Below, piece by piece: positions 14,823-29,600 of a stretch of 32,000 nucleotides of DNA (its first letter is position 1; every line of letters begins with the position of its first letter). A program made the translations under genes and the position numbers. Source of the stretch: Parabacteroides leei (GTDB lineage: Bacteria; Bacteroidota; Bacteroidia; Bacteroidales; Tannerellaceae); the NCBI RefSeq assembly GCF_023369805.1, contig NZ_JAMBQG010000012.1:146413-178412 (forward strand). Reading direction: 5' to 3'. The notes under the pieces were generated by a model, which saw only the letters and a program-made list of their open reading frames with translations, made no database searches and was not told where the DNA came from.

Positions 14823-17800
14823 ATGAAAAATCATGTTCTCTATTTTCTTCATCGATTAACCTTGATTCTATTTTTATCAGGGATTTTTATTTCTCAAGTC
14901 TATGCACAAAGAATGACAGTTACAGGAATTGTAAAAGACCACCTAGGTGAACCGCTTATCGGTGTTAATGTTGTGGAAAAAGGAAAAAACAATGGTACCA
15001 TAACCGGTAGTGACGGGAAATTCAGCCTGAATACATCAGGAAAAAGCCCTGTATTGATTTTCTCCTACATCGGTTATTTATCTCAGGAAGTTCCGGTCAC
15101 CGACTTGAAAATGGTCAATGTAACTTTGGCAGAAGACACAGAAGAACTGGACGAAGTACTGGTCATCGGTTACGGTACAGCTAAGAAAAAAGACCTGACA
15201 GGTGCCATTTCCCGCGTAAAAGCAGAAAAAATGGAAGCGGAAGCTCCACGATCTGTCCAAGACCTGCTACGTGCCAGTGCCGCAGGTTTATCCATCAGCA
15301 TGTCTACCGACGCAGCCGGTACGGCCGATCTGCAAATACGAGGAAAAAATACACTCAGCGCAGGCTCTGCTCCCCTGATCGTATTGGATGGTGTCATTTA
15401 CGATGGCTCCATGCAGGACATTAATGCTATGGATGTCGAAAGTATCGATGTCTTGAAAGACGCCAGTTCTGTTGCCGTTTATGGAGCCAAAGCTGCTAAC
15501 GGGGTAGTCGCTATTACTACCAAAAAAGGAAATACCGGTAAACCGATTATCACTTTCAACGCAAATGTCGGCCTGGTGCACAATTCCCGCCTGCCTAAAA
15601 CAGTCGACGGGGCAGGATTCCTGTTATTCCGCCAGGAATATGCCGAAGGACTACTGTCGCAAGACGAACTGACGGCACAACCCGGTAAATATGCCGACCC
15701 GCGTAATCTCTCTTCGATGGGCGTAGACCCATTGGCCTGGTACAACTATGACCAGAAAAATCCAGCCTCATCCTTGCCGGATGAAACAACACTGGTCACC
15801 ACTTGGTTAACCCGCCTGAACCTACAGAACATAGAAATTGAAAATTACCTGAACGGGGTGGAAACCAATTGGGACGATATTGTTTACCAAACCGGTTTGC
15901 AACAGGATTATACGACAAGCATTTCCAACCGGACAGATAATTTCTCTTATTATTGGTCTCTGGGATATGCCGACCGGGAAGGAGTAAAAACAGGTGACCG
16001 TTATCGCAACTTTCGGTCACGCCTGAATCTGGAATCAAAAGTTACTTCTTTTCTTACCGTGGGACTAAATTCTCAATATGCGACCCGTATCGGTGGTTAC
16101 CTGGCTGCTGATGTCGACCAGCGTGAACATAATTCCCCCTACACGACCAATGAAATAGACAACCCGGACAGCCCGTACCGTATGTATCCTTCAGGCGATA
16201 ACAACACGAAAAATCCGTTCTTCGACAACCTGTACCGCGATAGACGGGATATAAACCATGATTTTAATGCCAACCTGTATGCCATCCTGAAATTACCTTT
16301 CGGCCTGGAATACCAAATGAACTTTACACCGCATTATCACTGGTATGAATATATGAACCACGAATCGTCGCAACACCCCGAATGGGCAGGAGAAGGAGGT
16401 AAATCGGAACGCAAGAACGAAAAAACATTCAACTGGCTACTCGACCATATTGTACGCTGGAAACAGGAATTCGGTAAAGACCACCGTGTAGAAGCGACAT
16501 TCCTCTTCAATGCAGAAAAAGGACAATGGTGGCAAACAGTAGCCAAGAACCAGCAATTTACCCCTAGCGATATTCTGGGATACCATAATATCGGTGCCGG
16601 ATCGATCCCGTCCGTATCCAGTAACGATACATATAAAACAGGGGATGCATTGATGGGACGTATATTCTATTCTTTCAGGGACAAATATCTGGTTACTGCC
16701 TCAGTCCGTCGCGACGGTTATTCCGCTTTCGGACAGATGAACCCACGGGCTACATTCCCCGCCCTGGCTTTGGGATGGGTATTTACATCCGAGAAATTCA
16801 TGGAAGCATCGAACAGTTGGCTGAATTACGGAAAATTCCGCTTTTCCTGGGGACAGAACGGAAACAGAGATATCGGCCAATATGAGGCATTGGCTTCTTT
16901 AAACTCCGGCCTGCATCCATATATCGACCAGAACGGGAATGTGTATACAACCTCACAGATATACATAAACCGTATGCCGAACAGCGCATTAAAATGGGAA
17001 CGTACAGCCTCTTATAATATAGGCATCGACTTCTCTGTGTGCGAAGACAGGATAAGTGGTAGTATGGAAACATACATGGCAGAAACAAACGATCTATTGG
17101 TTAGCCGCTCGCTGCCGTCCATTTTAGGATACGACAATGTGAAAGCCAATCTGGGTACACTGACCAATCGGGGCTTTGAGCTGACATTGAATGCCAATCT
17201 GATAGAAAGTAAAAACTTCTCATGGAATTCCAGCGGTACTTTCTCCTTCAACCGCCGGAAGATCAAACATCTATACGGAGACATGGAAGAAGTGAAAGAT
17301 GCGGACGGCAATGTGATCGGCTACAAAGAAGCAGACGACCTCGCAAATAAATGGTTTATCGGACATGACACGGACCAGATATGGGACTACGAACGTGATG
17401 GCGTCTGGCAGCTGGAAGAAGAGGAAGAAGCTGCCAAATACGGTAACAAGCCGGGAGATTTCAAATATATCGATCAAAACAACGACGGAGTAATGGATAA
17501 TGACGATAAGGTATTCCAAGGTTATACAACTCCCCGCTACCGTTGGTCCTGGCGGAATGAGTTTACATTCTATAAAAACTTCAATTTATCATTTATGATG
17601 TATTCTCACATCGGACAATACGGAACATACAACCGGGCCGCCAATACGGGCGGTATGTTCGACCGTTATACAGTTGTGGATATTCCACGTTGGACGAAAG
17701 ATAATCCGACCAACGATTACGGACGCCTTGGTTCTAAAAATATCGGCAGCAATTATGTAAAGAAAACATTCGTACGTATGGAAAACATTACGCTGTCGTA

Positions 17801-17963
17801 CAACGTTCCGCAAAACCTCCTGAAGAAATTCTCTGTACAGAATATGCGTTTCTCGGTAGCCGTCCGTAATCCGTTCGTCATCACAGGATGGACTTTCGGT
17901 GATCCGGAAGGCGGAGACACGACACTGAGAACCGTCAATTTCGGAGTGAACTTTACTTTATAA
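14823..17963 (+). CDS. susC: SusC/RagA-family TonB-dependent outer-membrane transporter (PUL-1)
   Basis: 1046-aa ORF with a signal peptide, a CarboxypepD_reg-like domain (VTGIVKDHLGEPLIGVNVV), the TonB-box/plug block DEVLVIGYGTAKKKDLTGA and a C-terminal barrel strand (VNFGVNFTL). There is no STN domain. Confidence 0.95.
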   Translation: MKNHVLYFLHRLTLILFLSGIFISQVYAQRMTVTGIVKDHLGEPLIGVNVVEKGKNNGTITGSDGKFSLNTSGKSPVLIFSYIGYLSQEVPVTDLKMVNVTLAEDTEELDEVLVIGYGTAKKKDLTGAISRVKAEKMEAEAPRSVQDLLRASAAGLSISMSTDAAGTADLQIRGKNTLSAGSAPLIVLDGVIYDGSMQDINAMDVESIDVLKDASSVAVYGAKAANGVVAITTKKGNTGKPIITFNANVGLVHNSRLPKTVDGAGFLLFRQEYAEGLLSQDELTAQPGKYADPRNLSSMGVDPLAWYNYDQKNPASSLPDETTLVTTWLTRLNLQNIEIENYLNGVETNWDDIVYQTGLQQDYTTSISNRTDNFSYYWSLGYADREGVKTGDRYRNFRSRLNLESKVTSFLTVGLNSQYATRIGGYLAADVDQREHNSPYTTNEIDNPDSPYRMYPSGDNNTKNPFFDNLYRDRRDINHDFNANLYAILKLPFGLEYQMNFTPHYHWYEYMNHESSQHPEWAGEGGKSERKNEKTFNWLLDHIVRWKQEFGKDHRVEATFLFNAEKGQWWQTVAKNQQFTPSDILGYHNIGAGSIPSVSSNDTYKTGDALMGRIFYSFRDKYLVTASVRRDGYSAFGQMNPRATFPALALGWVFTSEKFMEASNSWLNYGKFRFSWGQNGNRDIGQYEALASLNSGLHPYIDQNGNVYTTSQIYINRMPNSALKWERTASYNIGIDFSVCEDRISGSMETYMAETNDLLVSRSLPSILGYDNVKANLGTLTNRGFELTLNANLIESKNFSWNSSGTFSFNRRKIKHLYGDMEEVKDADGNVIGYKEADDLANKWFIGHDTDQIWDYERDGVWQLEEEEEAAKYGNKPGDFKYIDQNNDGVMDNDDKVFQGYTTPRYRWSWRNEFTFYKNFNLSFMMYSHIGQYGTYNRAANTGGMFDRYTVVDIPRWTKDNPTNDYGRLGSKNIGSNYVKKTFVRMENITLSYNVPQNLLKKFSVQNMRFSVAVRNPFVITGWTFGDPEGGDTTLRTVNFGVNFTL

Positions 17964-17993
17964 ACATTGATCAACCTATAAGAGTTAAAGATT

Positions 17994-19880
17994 ATGAACA
18001 ATAAAAAACAGCTTATACCGGCTTTAGCCGCATTACTTTTATTCAACTCATGTGATGATAGTTGGCTCGAACCGAAGCCCCTATCCTTCTATACTCCGGA
18101 AAACACCTATGTAGATGCTGCCGGTTTATATTCCGCACTGGTAGCCTGCGAACGTAATATGCGTCACGAGTTCTTTACAGATGGTGCTCCGATACTAACG
18201 GAAATGTATACCGCAGATATTGCTGTACATGGTAAAACCGATGAAAGCGGTTCGTTGGTCGATTTCGATAATGAAATGCTTCCTGCCCGAACAAAAAACG
18301 ATATGAAAGGCAAGAACGGATGGTATTGGGCGGAAGGTTTTAAAGGGATCAAGTATGCCAATATTGTGATCAGCCGTTTGGATGCCGCTACATTCAAAGA
18401 CGAGGCAGAACGGAATGCAGTCTTGGGCGGTGCTTATTTCCATCGCTCCTACCGTTATTACAAATTGACCCATCAGTTCGGTAATGTCCCCTGGTTGAGT
18501 GAAGAAATTACCCAACCGAAACTCGACTTTTACTCCTATGACCGGTGGAGTATCCTTGAACAATGTAAAAAGGATATGGAGTTTGCCTATCAATGGGTTC
18601 CGGAACAGATGGATCGCGGCAGGGCTAATAAAGATGCTTGCGGTATGCTTTTAATGAAAATATGTATGTCTTTGGGGGATTTCGACCGTGCCATCGAAGT
18701 TGGAAAAGAAGTTGTCGCCCGGCATCCGTTGATGACACAACGTTTCACCGGCAACAAAAACAAACCGAACACCAACCTGATGCATGACCTGCACAGCGTA
18801 GAAGCAAAAACGGATATGAGCAATACGGAAGGAATCATGTATGTGGTAGCTTATCCCGATATTGTCGAAGCCGGTGATAAACGCATTTACACGATGCGTA
18901 ACGGACTTCCCTACTGGGCAAAAGGTGCAGCTATCAAGACACCCGACGGAAAATCAGGAACAGCCATTGTTCCGGCATCCGAAGACAAGAACACGGAGAT
19001 CGACAATGATGCTAATTACGGCCGTGGTATCGGAACTTGCCGTCCTACAAATTATTTCCAATATGATATCTGGACTGATAAAGAAAAGAGCGACCTACGG
19101 AGCCCGAATAATCACGACAGTTGGAAACGTATGGAAGATTTACGGTATAACGAACCGAGCCTGAAGAAGAACAACAGCCCGTGGTACGGTCAGCCGCTGG
19201 TTCATCCGAACGACATTTCCGTTGCCGACTCCATCCGGTGCTGGTATATGTGGCCGCATTACAAATTGTTTGTTCCCGATCCAACAAAAACACAAGACTA
19301 CCAGGGTGGTGAAACTCCGTGGTATATCTACCGTTCAGCCGAGACTTACCTGATGATGGCCGAATGTTATTATTGGAAAGGGGATAATGCGAATGCTGCT
19401 GCCATGCTGAATATTGTCCGCAGTCGTGCCGGGGCAGAGCCTTTAATAGGAACGATCGGTATCGCCGAGGTATTGGCTGAACGTGCCCGTGAGCTGTACT
19501 ACGAAGAAAATCGTCACGTCGAACTGGTCCGCATATCCTATCTATATGCCAAAACAGGCAAGGCTTGTGAAGAATTCGGAGGGCGTATCTATAAATTAGA
19601 TAATTTCTCCGGTCCGGGTGGGACCGGAACAAACTGTAAGGATGCAGGAGTAAACTTCTATTTCGATTGGGTAATCAAATACAATAACTTCTACAACAAA
19701 GGAGTCGTTATCCCTTATGGTGAATATCGAATGAGTGTACATCATGTACTGTGGCCGGTTCCTGAAAATGCCATCAAGACAAATACCGGAGGAGTTATCA
19801 ACCAGAATATCGGTTATCCGGGAGCAGAGGATAATATCACTCCCCTGATGGTCGGTGAAGAGGCTCCTGTGACAGAATAG
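17994..19880 (+). CDS. susD: SusD/RagB-family outer-membrane glycan-binding lipoprotein (PUL-1)
   Basis: 628-aa ORF starting 30 bp after susC. It has a lipoprotein signal (LLFNSCDD). TPR-like helical composition and the RAGAEPL..ERARELYYEENR block are typical of SusD-like proteins. Confidence 0.9.
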   Translation: MNNKKQLIPALAALLLFNSCDDSWLEPKPLSFYTPENTYVDAAGLYSALVACERNMRHEFFTDGAPILTEMYTADIAVHGKTDESGSLVDFDNEMLPARTKNDMKGKNGWYWAEGFKGIKYANIVISRLDAATFKDEAERNAVLGGAYFHRSYRYYKLTHQFGNVPWLSEEITQPKLDFYSYDRWSILEQCKKDMEFAYQWVPEQMDRGRANKDACGMLLMKICMSLGDFDRAIEVGKEVVARHPLMTQRFTGNKNKPNTNLMHDLHSVEAKTDMSNTEGIMYVVAYPDIVEAGDKRIYTMRNGLPYWAKGAAIKTPDGKSGTAIVPASEDKNTEIDNDANYGRGIGTCRPTNYFQYDIWTDKEKSDLRSPNNHDSWKRMEDLRYNEPSLKKNNSPWYGQPLVHPNDISVADSIRCWYMWPHYKLFVPDPTKTQDYQGGETPWYIYRSAETYLMMAECYYWKGDNANAAAMLNIVRSRAGAEPLIGTIGIAEVLAERARELYYEENRHVELVRISYLYAKTGKACEEFGGRIYKLDNFSGPGGTGTNCKDAGVNFYFDWVIKYNNFYNKGVVIPYGEYRMSVHHVLWPVPENAIKTNTGGVINQNIGYPGAEDNITPLMVGEEAPVTE

Positions 19881-19894
19881 AGTAATAAATAAAA

Positions 19895-19934
19895 AGGTTG
19901 CAAGAGTATGAGTATATTCCATTTCTTGCAACCT
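19895..19934. terminator. Bidirectional terminator shared by the two convergent PULs
   Basis: AGGTTGCAAGA (19895-19905) pairs perfectly with TCTTGCAACCT (19924-19934). It is preceded by an A-rich tract and followed by TCATTTTCTTTTCC. Confidence 0.7.
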
Positions 19935-19967
19935 TCATTTTCTTTTCCGTATCTAACACATTACATC

Positions 19968-21884
19968 TTATTTGCCATATTCCTCATACAACATAAGCAA
20001 ATGAGCCGAACTCCAACTGAAATGAGGAGCTTTCAGTCGTGCTCCGTTATGAGTATCATAATTCTCATGAATAGGGGCATCTTCCTTCAGTCCCTGCAAG
20101 CGGGTAAAGACCTGATCGGTGAAAGCGTCTGCTTCTTTTTTATATCCATACTTACGGATGCCGGATATTCCGAAGTAAACCTGATCCAGCCAGATAGGAC
20201 CCCTCCAATAACCTGCCGGCATAAACTTCGGATTGTCTGCCGCAATCGTAGGGAAAGGGATATAAGTAGCGAACTTCGTGCTATCGCTGAATATTTTCAT
20301 GGCAGCAGCAGCCTGCTCCCGGGATGCGATCTCCGCCCACAAAGGTATGCATGCTTCCGTCCCTTCTTCCATAACATATGTACCATTCAACCGTTTATCA
20401 AAGAAGAAGCCGGGGTCGGAAACAAAAAAGTAATTCCGTATTTCCGCCGATCTGTCAGTATCTTCAAAAACTTCTCCGGCGATGGGGGCCAGTTCGCCTA
20501 ATAAGCGGTGCTCGAGTGCCAGAAAAGCATTCAGATCGACAGACTCCTGATCCATACTCCATGCACCATCACTGTTCTTTACCATCACAGCGTCGTCGAA
20601 ACGGATCGCATTGTCCATACCGCTTTCCCAGGCAGCAGCTTCAAGGGTTCCGTCACAGGCTCCAAACTCACATATCCCGTTATTATTGTGGTCGCGATGG
20701 GTGAACCACCATTTATAATAATGAAGTAATTTGGGATACATCTCTTTTACAAAAGCAGTATCACCCGTTGCTTTATAAATCTCATCTACAGCCCATACTG
20801 CTAAAGGAGGCTTACTGTCTCGCGCATTATTCTCGGATGCATCACTATAAATACAATCGATAATCATACCTTCCGGTGTCTGATAATCAAACATAGCACG
20901 TACCTGATCCTTTGCAAGGTCAGGAGCGAAACGAGCCAAGGCAACTGCATGTTTCCAGGAGTCCCATCCCCAAAATCCGACAAAGTAGCCGACAGCATGA
21001 CTGGGAACTACTCCATCATGGAATAAATCGCCACGTGCACTCCGCCAGTTGGCAATCAAAGTGACTACTGCCTTAACCGCTATCCTGTTATAAGCTTCCG
21101 GCATATCAGGACGAAGAACTTTCTGCAAATAGCCTTCCCAGCGTGAAGCTGTTTCCTCCCTATATTCTACCGGAGAAGCCTGAACAACGGCAGCTCTATG
21201 CAATACGGCCTGCCTGGATGCTTCATTTTCAAAAAAAGAAATGACAACATTCGATTTACCCGGAGTAAGCGTTAAGGTTTCATATCCATTCTCAGACGAC
21301 AGGATACCCATTTCCGGACTGAATGTCAAAGCAACTCCCTCACCCGAAGGCCAGGTCAGCAATACTCGGTTCTTATCCGTCGTACAAACAACATCATCCG
21401 GAAGAACCTCTCCGGCAAAACGAAGCAAAGTATTCTGATCGGAAGAACAGGTCAACAAGGCCGTCGATTTATCAACAAAGACCAAACGTTGTTCTATCCG
21501 TCCGGTTTCAGAGGAAGAAGACATATATAATTCACCCGGAAAATAAGAGACAGAGTCCGGAGTATACACGACATCCGGATATTCACCGTCGAAGCGGACT
21601 TTTACCAGAGCATCCGAAAGCCACTGACGTTTATTCATATCCAGATGAAAAGGGCCACAGAAGCCGTTCACCCATTGTTCCTCCCGCGGTAAAGTAAACC
21701 CATACCATGCACCGGCATCCGTAAACCATCCCCGGCAACGCGAAGCCGAGTCCGGCGTATAACGAATGTCTAAAATGTTACTGTAATTGTAAGCTGTACC
21801 GGATGATACCGGCTGCTTCACAGAGCAACCGGCCCATCCGATGACGGCTATCAATAAAGCACTTATCAACAGTTTGTGTTTCAT
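19968..21884 (-). CDS. YgjK-like (alpha/alpha)6 glycoside hydrolase, GH63 / MGH1- or trehalase-like, lipoprotein
   Basis: 638-aa ORF with a lipoprotein signal (GWAGCS). The blocks GFWGWDSWKHA, KPPLAVWAV, WESGMDNAIRFD, YWRGPIWLDQVYF and PHFSWSSAHLLMLY resemble my recollection of E. coli YgjK/GH63. The family call needs an HMM check. Confidence 0.7.
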   Translation of the reverse strand: MKHKLLISALLIAVIGWAGCSVKQPVSSGTAYNYSNILDIRYTPDSASRCRGWFTDAGAWYGFTLPREEQWVNGFCGPFHLDMNKRQWLSDALVKVRFDGEYPDVVYTPDSVSYFPGELYMSSSSETGRIEQRLVFVDKSTALLTCSSDQNTLLRFAGEVLPDDVVCTTDKNRVLLTWPSGEGVALTFSPEMGILSSENGYETLTLTPGKSNVVISFFENEASRQAVLHRAAVVQASPVEYREETASRWEGYLQKVLRPDMPEAYNRIAVKAVVTLIANWRSARGDLFHDGVVPSHAVGYFVGFWGWDSWKHAVALARFAPDLAKDQVRAMFDYQTPEGMIIDCIYSDASENNARDSKPPLAVWAVDEIYKATGDTAFVKEMYPKLLHYYKWWFTHRDHNNNGICEFGACDGTLEAAAWESGMDNAIRFDDAVMVKNSDGAWSMDQESVDLNAFLALEHRLLGELAPIAGEVFEDTDRSAEIRNYFFVSDPGFFFDKRLNGTYVMEEGTEACIPLWAEIASREQAAAAMKIFSDSTKFATYIPFPTIAADNPKFMPAGYWRGPIWLDQVYFGISGIRKYGYKKEADAFTDQVFTRLQGLKEDAPIHENYDTHNGARLKAPHFSWSSAHLLMLYEEYGK

Positions 21885-21901
21885 ATCAGCCTCCTTTTAA
21901 T

Positions 21902-25129
<3,228 letters not shown>

Positions 25130-25132
25130 TCA

Positions 25133-26641
25133 TCAATGAAGCGCATTATTTGTGTTTATTTCCTGGATAGGAATCGGATAGAAGCTATTCTTTTCCGGAT
25201 TAAAATCACGGCCTACGGCTTTCAAGGCTTCCTGTGTCTTTCCCCAACGACGAAGGTCATAGAAACGGAAGTTTTCCAGAGGGAATTCCAGTATGCGTTC
25301 GTGTTCTATCTGTTCACGAACCTGTGCCTGTGATGTACCTTTCATATTCGGCATATCAGCGCGTTCACGCACCTGATTGATCAGGGAGATGGCTTCAGCC
25401 GTTTGTCCCAGCTCATTCAATGCTTCGGCTTTCATCAATAATACGTTTGAATAACGCATCAACGGGATGTTCGGAGCAAAGTAATTGTTTTCCATACCTT
25501 CGTAATCGGCGGGCATAAACTTCCGGAATGCAGGTTTGTTCTTGCCTTCAAACCAGTCATCATAAGTATATCCGTATACACGACCGGCTTCCGGATCATT
25601 AAAATAATCGCACTGGAAGAAAATAGTTTCATACAAACGACTGTCGTAACGGCCTGTCGTTGCAATCCGGCCTTCTTTCATATATTCATTCATCAGCATC
25701 GTGTTCGGAAGAATTTCATCCCAACCCCAGAGTTCGGAGCAACCGATCCAACGGTGAAGCTGCGTTTTATACCACGCACCGTTTGCATCAGACATCGACA
25801 TCTGCAATTCGAAAATACCTTCTTTGGAGTTTTTATTGCTTCCATTAAACATCGACTTGAAGTCTTTCACCAGGTCATAACCTTTCACATTATTAAAAGC
25901 ATCTACGGCAGCTTTCAATTCGGTATCTTTATTACCCGATTCTTCATAAGCTCTTGTCAGATGTGCCCAACCGATATAAGCATAAGCTGCCCCCTTGGTG
26001 GCACGTCCTAACTGATCGGAAGAACGACTTTCCGGCAGTGCGGTAGCCTTGGTTAATTCGCCGATAATAAAATCCCAGGCTTCTTCACGTGTAGCCAATG
26101 CTTTATCCAACTGGTCCGTTGAAGAAATATATGCATCGCGAATAACGATTTCTTTCCAGTTCAAAAGAAGTTTCATATGATAATAACCACGCAGGAAATA
26201 CGCTTCATTCAGAATGGTATTCCGTTCTTCTTCCGTTATCTTCTCAGCCGGAATATTCGGAACGTTTTCTATAACCTGATTACAGTAGTTTATACCTCTG
26301 TAAGCATCCTGCCAGTAATAAGTAAACTGGGAGTTACCATTTGTATAAGTAAAGTTTGCCAACTCTACCCAGTTCGGATAATTCAATGCATCGGAACCCA
26401 GATTAACGATATCCTCGCGGTATGCCTCCACCGGCCATTTTACTTCCGAAAAGCCCCAGGTATCGGTAAATGATTCCAGCTGGGAATAGGCTGCTGCCAA
26501 TCCTGCCTCCGCATCTGATTTGTCACGCCAAAAAGAATCGGTAGTCAATTGGTCCGGTGACGATACTGTTAGAAAATCATCGCAACCCGTGATTGCTCCC
26601 ATTAATAAGAAAGAAGCAACTATATATTTTATCTTTTTCAT
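25133..26641 (-). CDS. susD: SusD/RagB-family lipoprotein (PUL-2)
   Basis: 502-aa ORF starting 28 bp after susC. It has a lipoprotein signal (GAITGCDD) and typical SusD-like blocks (EAYFLRGYYHMKLL, RYSNVLLMKAEALNE, ERILEF..ENFRFYDLRRW). Confidence 0.92.
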   Translation of the reverse strand: MKKIKYIVASFLLMGAITGCDDFLTVSSPDQLTTDSFWRDKSDAEAGLAAAYSQLESFTDTWGFSEVKWPVEAYREDIVNLGSDALNYPNWVELANFTYTNGNSQFTYYWQDAYRGINYCNQVIENVPNIPAEKITEEERNTILNEAYFLRGYYHMKLLLNWKEIVIRDAYISSTDQLDKALATREEAWDFIIGELTKATALPESRSSDQLGRATKGAAYAYIGWAHLTRAYEESGNKDTELKAAVDAFNNVKGYDLVKDFKSMFNGSNKNSKEGIFELQMSMSDANGAWYKTQLHRWIGCSELWGWDEILPNTMLMNEYMKEGRIATTGRYDSRLYETIFFQCDYFNDPEAGRVYGYTYDDWFEGKNKPAFRKFMPADYEGMENNYFAPNIPLMRYSNVLLMKAEALNELGQTAEAISLINQVRERADMPNMKGTSQAQVREQIEHERILEFPLENFRFYDLRRWGKTQEALKAVGRDFNPEKNSFYPIPIQEINTNNALH

Positions 26642-26669
26642 TGTCTATGTGATTTTAAGTAATTTGTAA

Positions 26670-29600
26670 TTAGAATGTAAGCTGCAATCCTACGATATAA
26701 GAACGTGTGAAAGGATAAATTTCCTTATCCACACCTGTATTCAATATCTTTTCCGTAGAGAATTCAGGATCGATACCGCTGTATTTGGTAATTGTAAACA
26801 AGTTCTCGCCACTTACATATAATCTAAGTTTATCAACAAACAGTTTCTTCAATAATGTTGAAGGTAATGTATACCCGATCTGTAATTGACGCAGGCGAAC
26901 AAAGTTTCCATTTTCAAGGAAACGGTCGCTTTCGCGTGAGTTATTGTTCGGATCCTGTAAAACTGCACGGGGAACACTTGTGTTGGTATTACTTGTAGTC
27001 CATGCATCTAATGTAGAAGCCAGCATATTGGTACCCGAGCTCATTCCTTCAAAGAAATAACGGTTACCGTTATATAGCTTATGTCCCCAACCACTACCCA
27101 GTAAGAAAGAAAAATCAATGCCTTTATAAGAGAAACCGGCAGAAAGGTTGGCCTCCAGTTTCGGCATACCGGAACCGCAAGACTCTTTATCATCTTCGTC
27201 TATCTGGCCATCTCCATTCACATCACGAAAACGGATATCTCCCGGACGGGCATTCGGCTGCAATAAATCACCGTCGGCATTCACATGAGCGGCTACTTCT
27301 GCTTCATTCTGGAAGATACCGTCGGCACGATACAGATAGAAACTTGCAATAGGTTCACCTACACGCGTCTGAGTCGGAAAGTGCTCCGTACCCCATTTCA
27401 AACCATCCCCATATAAAGCCTGCTTCGGATCTGAAAGTTCCAGAACCTTGTTACTTGTTGTTGTCAGGTTCAGTCCTACATTATAATCCCAGTCTCCTTT
27501 CTTATCAGCCCAGTTGATCTCCATTTCAAAACCGGAGTTACGGATTTTACCGACATTCATCACCGGGTTATTCAGACCTACGGAAGGAGCCAGTTTCTTG
27601 GTGATCAGCATATCTTCCGTCTTGTTATAATAGTAGTTCAATGCTCCCGATAAACGACCGTTCAATAAACCATAGTCGAAACCGATGTTCTTTGTATCGG
27701 TTGTTTCCCATTGCAGGTTACGGTTTGCCAACCCGGTAGCTATACTTCCCGGCCATGGACTTGATCCGTTACCCTGAACAGCACCCATCGACATATCATT
27801 TCCGCTGGTAATCAATGCCTGGAAGTCATAATAGCCAAGTGCTTGCTCATTACCTAAACGTCCCCAGCTGGCACGCAATTTCAAATTACTGATCACACCG
27901 TCTTTCGGGAAAAACTCTTCTTCCGTTATTCTCCATCCCAAAGCGACTGATGGGAAAACACCCCAGCGGCTATCTTTACCGAATTTGGAAGAACCGTCTG
28001 CACGGACAGTAGCCTGCAACATATAACGTCCGGCATAAGAATAATTTACACGGCCAAAGAAAGAAGCACGGTTATAATCGTATAATGAACCATCGCCACT
28101 ATAAGTACCGCCTTTACCTGCTCCGATAGTAGCGAAATTAGGATCTAAGAATCCTGACGGTTTCTCAGATGTTACCAACTGTCCGTCTTTTACCTCATAA
28201 ACAGTTGTTTTACCATCTACCTGTATTTCATTCCAGTTGTATTTACGTATCTGAATAGAATTACCGGCCATTACATTCAGGGAGTGATCTTTGAATTGCT
28301 TATCAAAAGTCAATACGTTGTCTATCACCTGATCTTCCCAGTAATAGGATTTCTCATATTGAGAAGGGTAATCCTGTTTTGCCTTTACGTCTGCCACATA
28401 AGCCGGCATGTGACGCTGGTAACGATAATGTTCTCCACGATAAGAGTAAGCGGTTTTGAATGTAAGCCATTCAGCCAGATGCATTGTCAATGCGGCATTG
28501 GCATCCATATTATATGTTTTGCCACCACCCTGGCGATAAGTATAATCCGCCATCACATTACGGTTGCTGGGCAGTCCATCATGATCTGTCAGTCCGAAGC
28601 CGTATTCTTTCGTATCATCATATACCGAAACCAGCGGAGAAATACCATATACTTCTTTCAGGGAATATTGTGGCTGCTTTTCATCTTTAGCCATAAAAGA
28701 CAAATTGGCATCCAAGTCGAATATATTCTTGGTAACAGACAGTTTCATGCGGGCATTATCTTGTTTGAAGCTATTACCCAACAGGACACCTTTATCATCC
28801 GAGTGATTATAAGATACCGAATAACGGGCTTTTTCACTTCCACCACGAACACTCACCTGATAGTTTTGTGTCAATCCGCCACGGAACATTTCGTCTTGCC
28901 AGTTTGTATTAGGATAAGAGGAAGGATTAGCCAGGAAGTTTGTTATATAAGCCGGGTAATCGACTGTCTTATTCGGATATTGAAGATTATAATTATCATA
29001 CATCTGTTTATGTACCTGTACATAGCCCTCCGAGTTCAAAAGTTCCAGCCGGTTAGCTACTTTCGAGAAGTTCAGATAAGCATTTACATCTACCTTCAGA
29101 TCTCCTTTTTTACCGTTTTTAGTTGTTACCATAATAACACCATTGGCAGCAGTAGAACCATAAATAGCGGCAGCAGCACCATCCTTCAAGACTTCCATTG
29201 CAGCAATATCCTGAGGGTTCACATTGCTTATATCACCGGGAAATCCATCGATAATATACAATGGTTCATTATTACCGAAAGATTTCACACCACGTATCTT
29301 AACAGAGATCCCTGCACCTGCGTTACCTCCTTTTTTCTGGATACTGACGCCGGATACTTTACCTTGTAATGCTTCTGCCGGATTGGTAGTTGCACGGCTC
29401 GTCAGTTCTTCCACATTAACCGAAGATATAGCACCTGTTAAATCGCTCTTTTTCATTGTACCATACCCTACAACAATAACCTCATCCAGTTTTTCTGCAT
29501 CTTCTGCTAATCGGACTTCCAAACGAGGTTGCCCGGTATAAGTAATCTGCTGTGTTGTATAACCGATATAAGAAAAGAGAAGAATATCTCCTTTTTTTAC

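Noticed and set aside
28284-29369. 361-aa ORF on the plus strand, antisense to the PUL-2 susC gene
   Set aside because: It lies entirely inside a well-supported 1052-aa SusC CDS. Its translation is I/F/R/H-rich low-complexity sequence typical of antisense frames, and it has no promoter box or recognisable motif.
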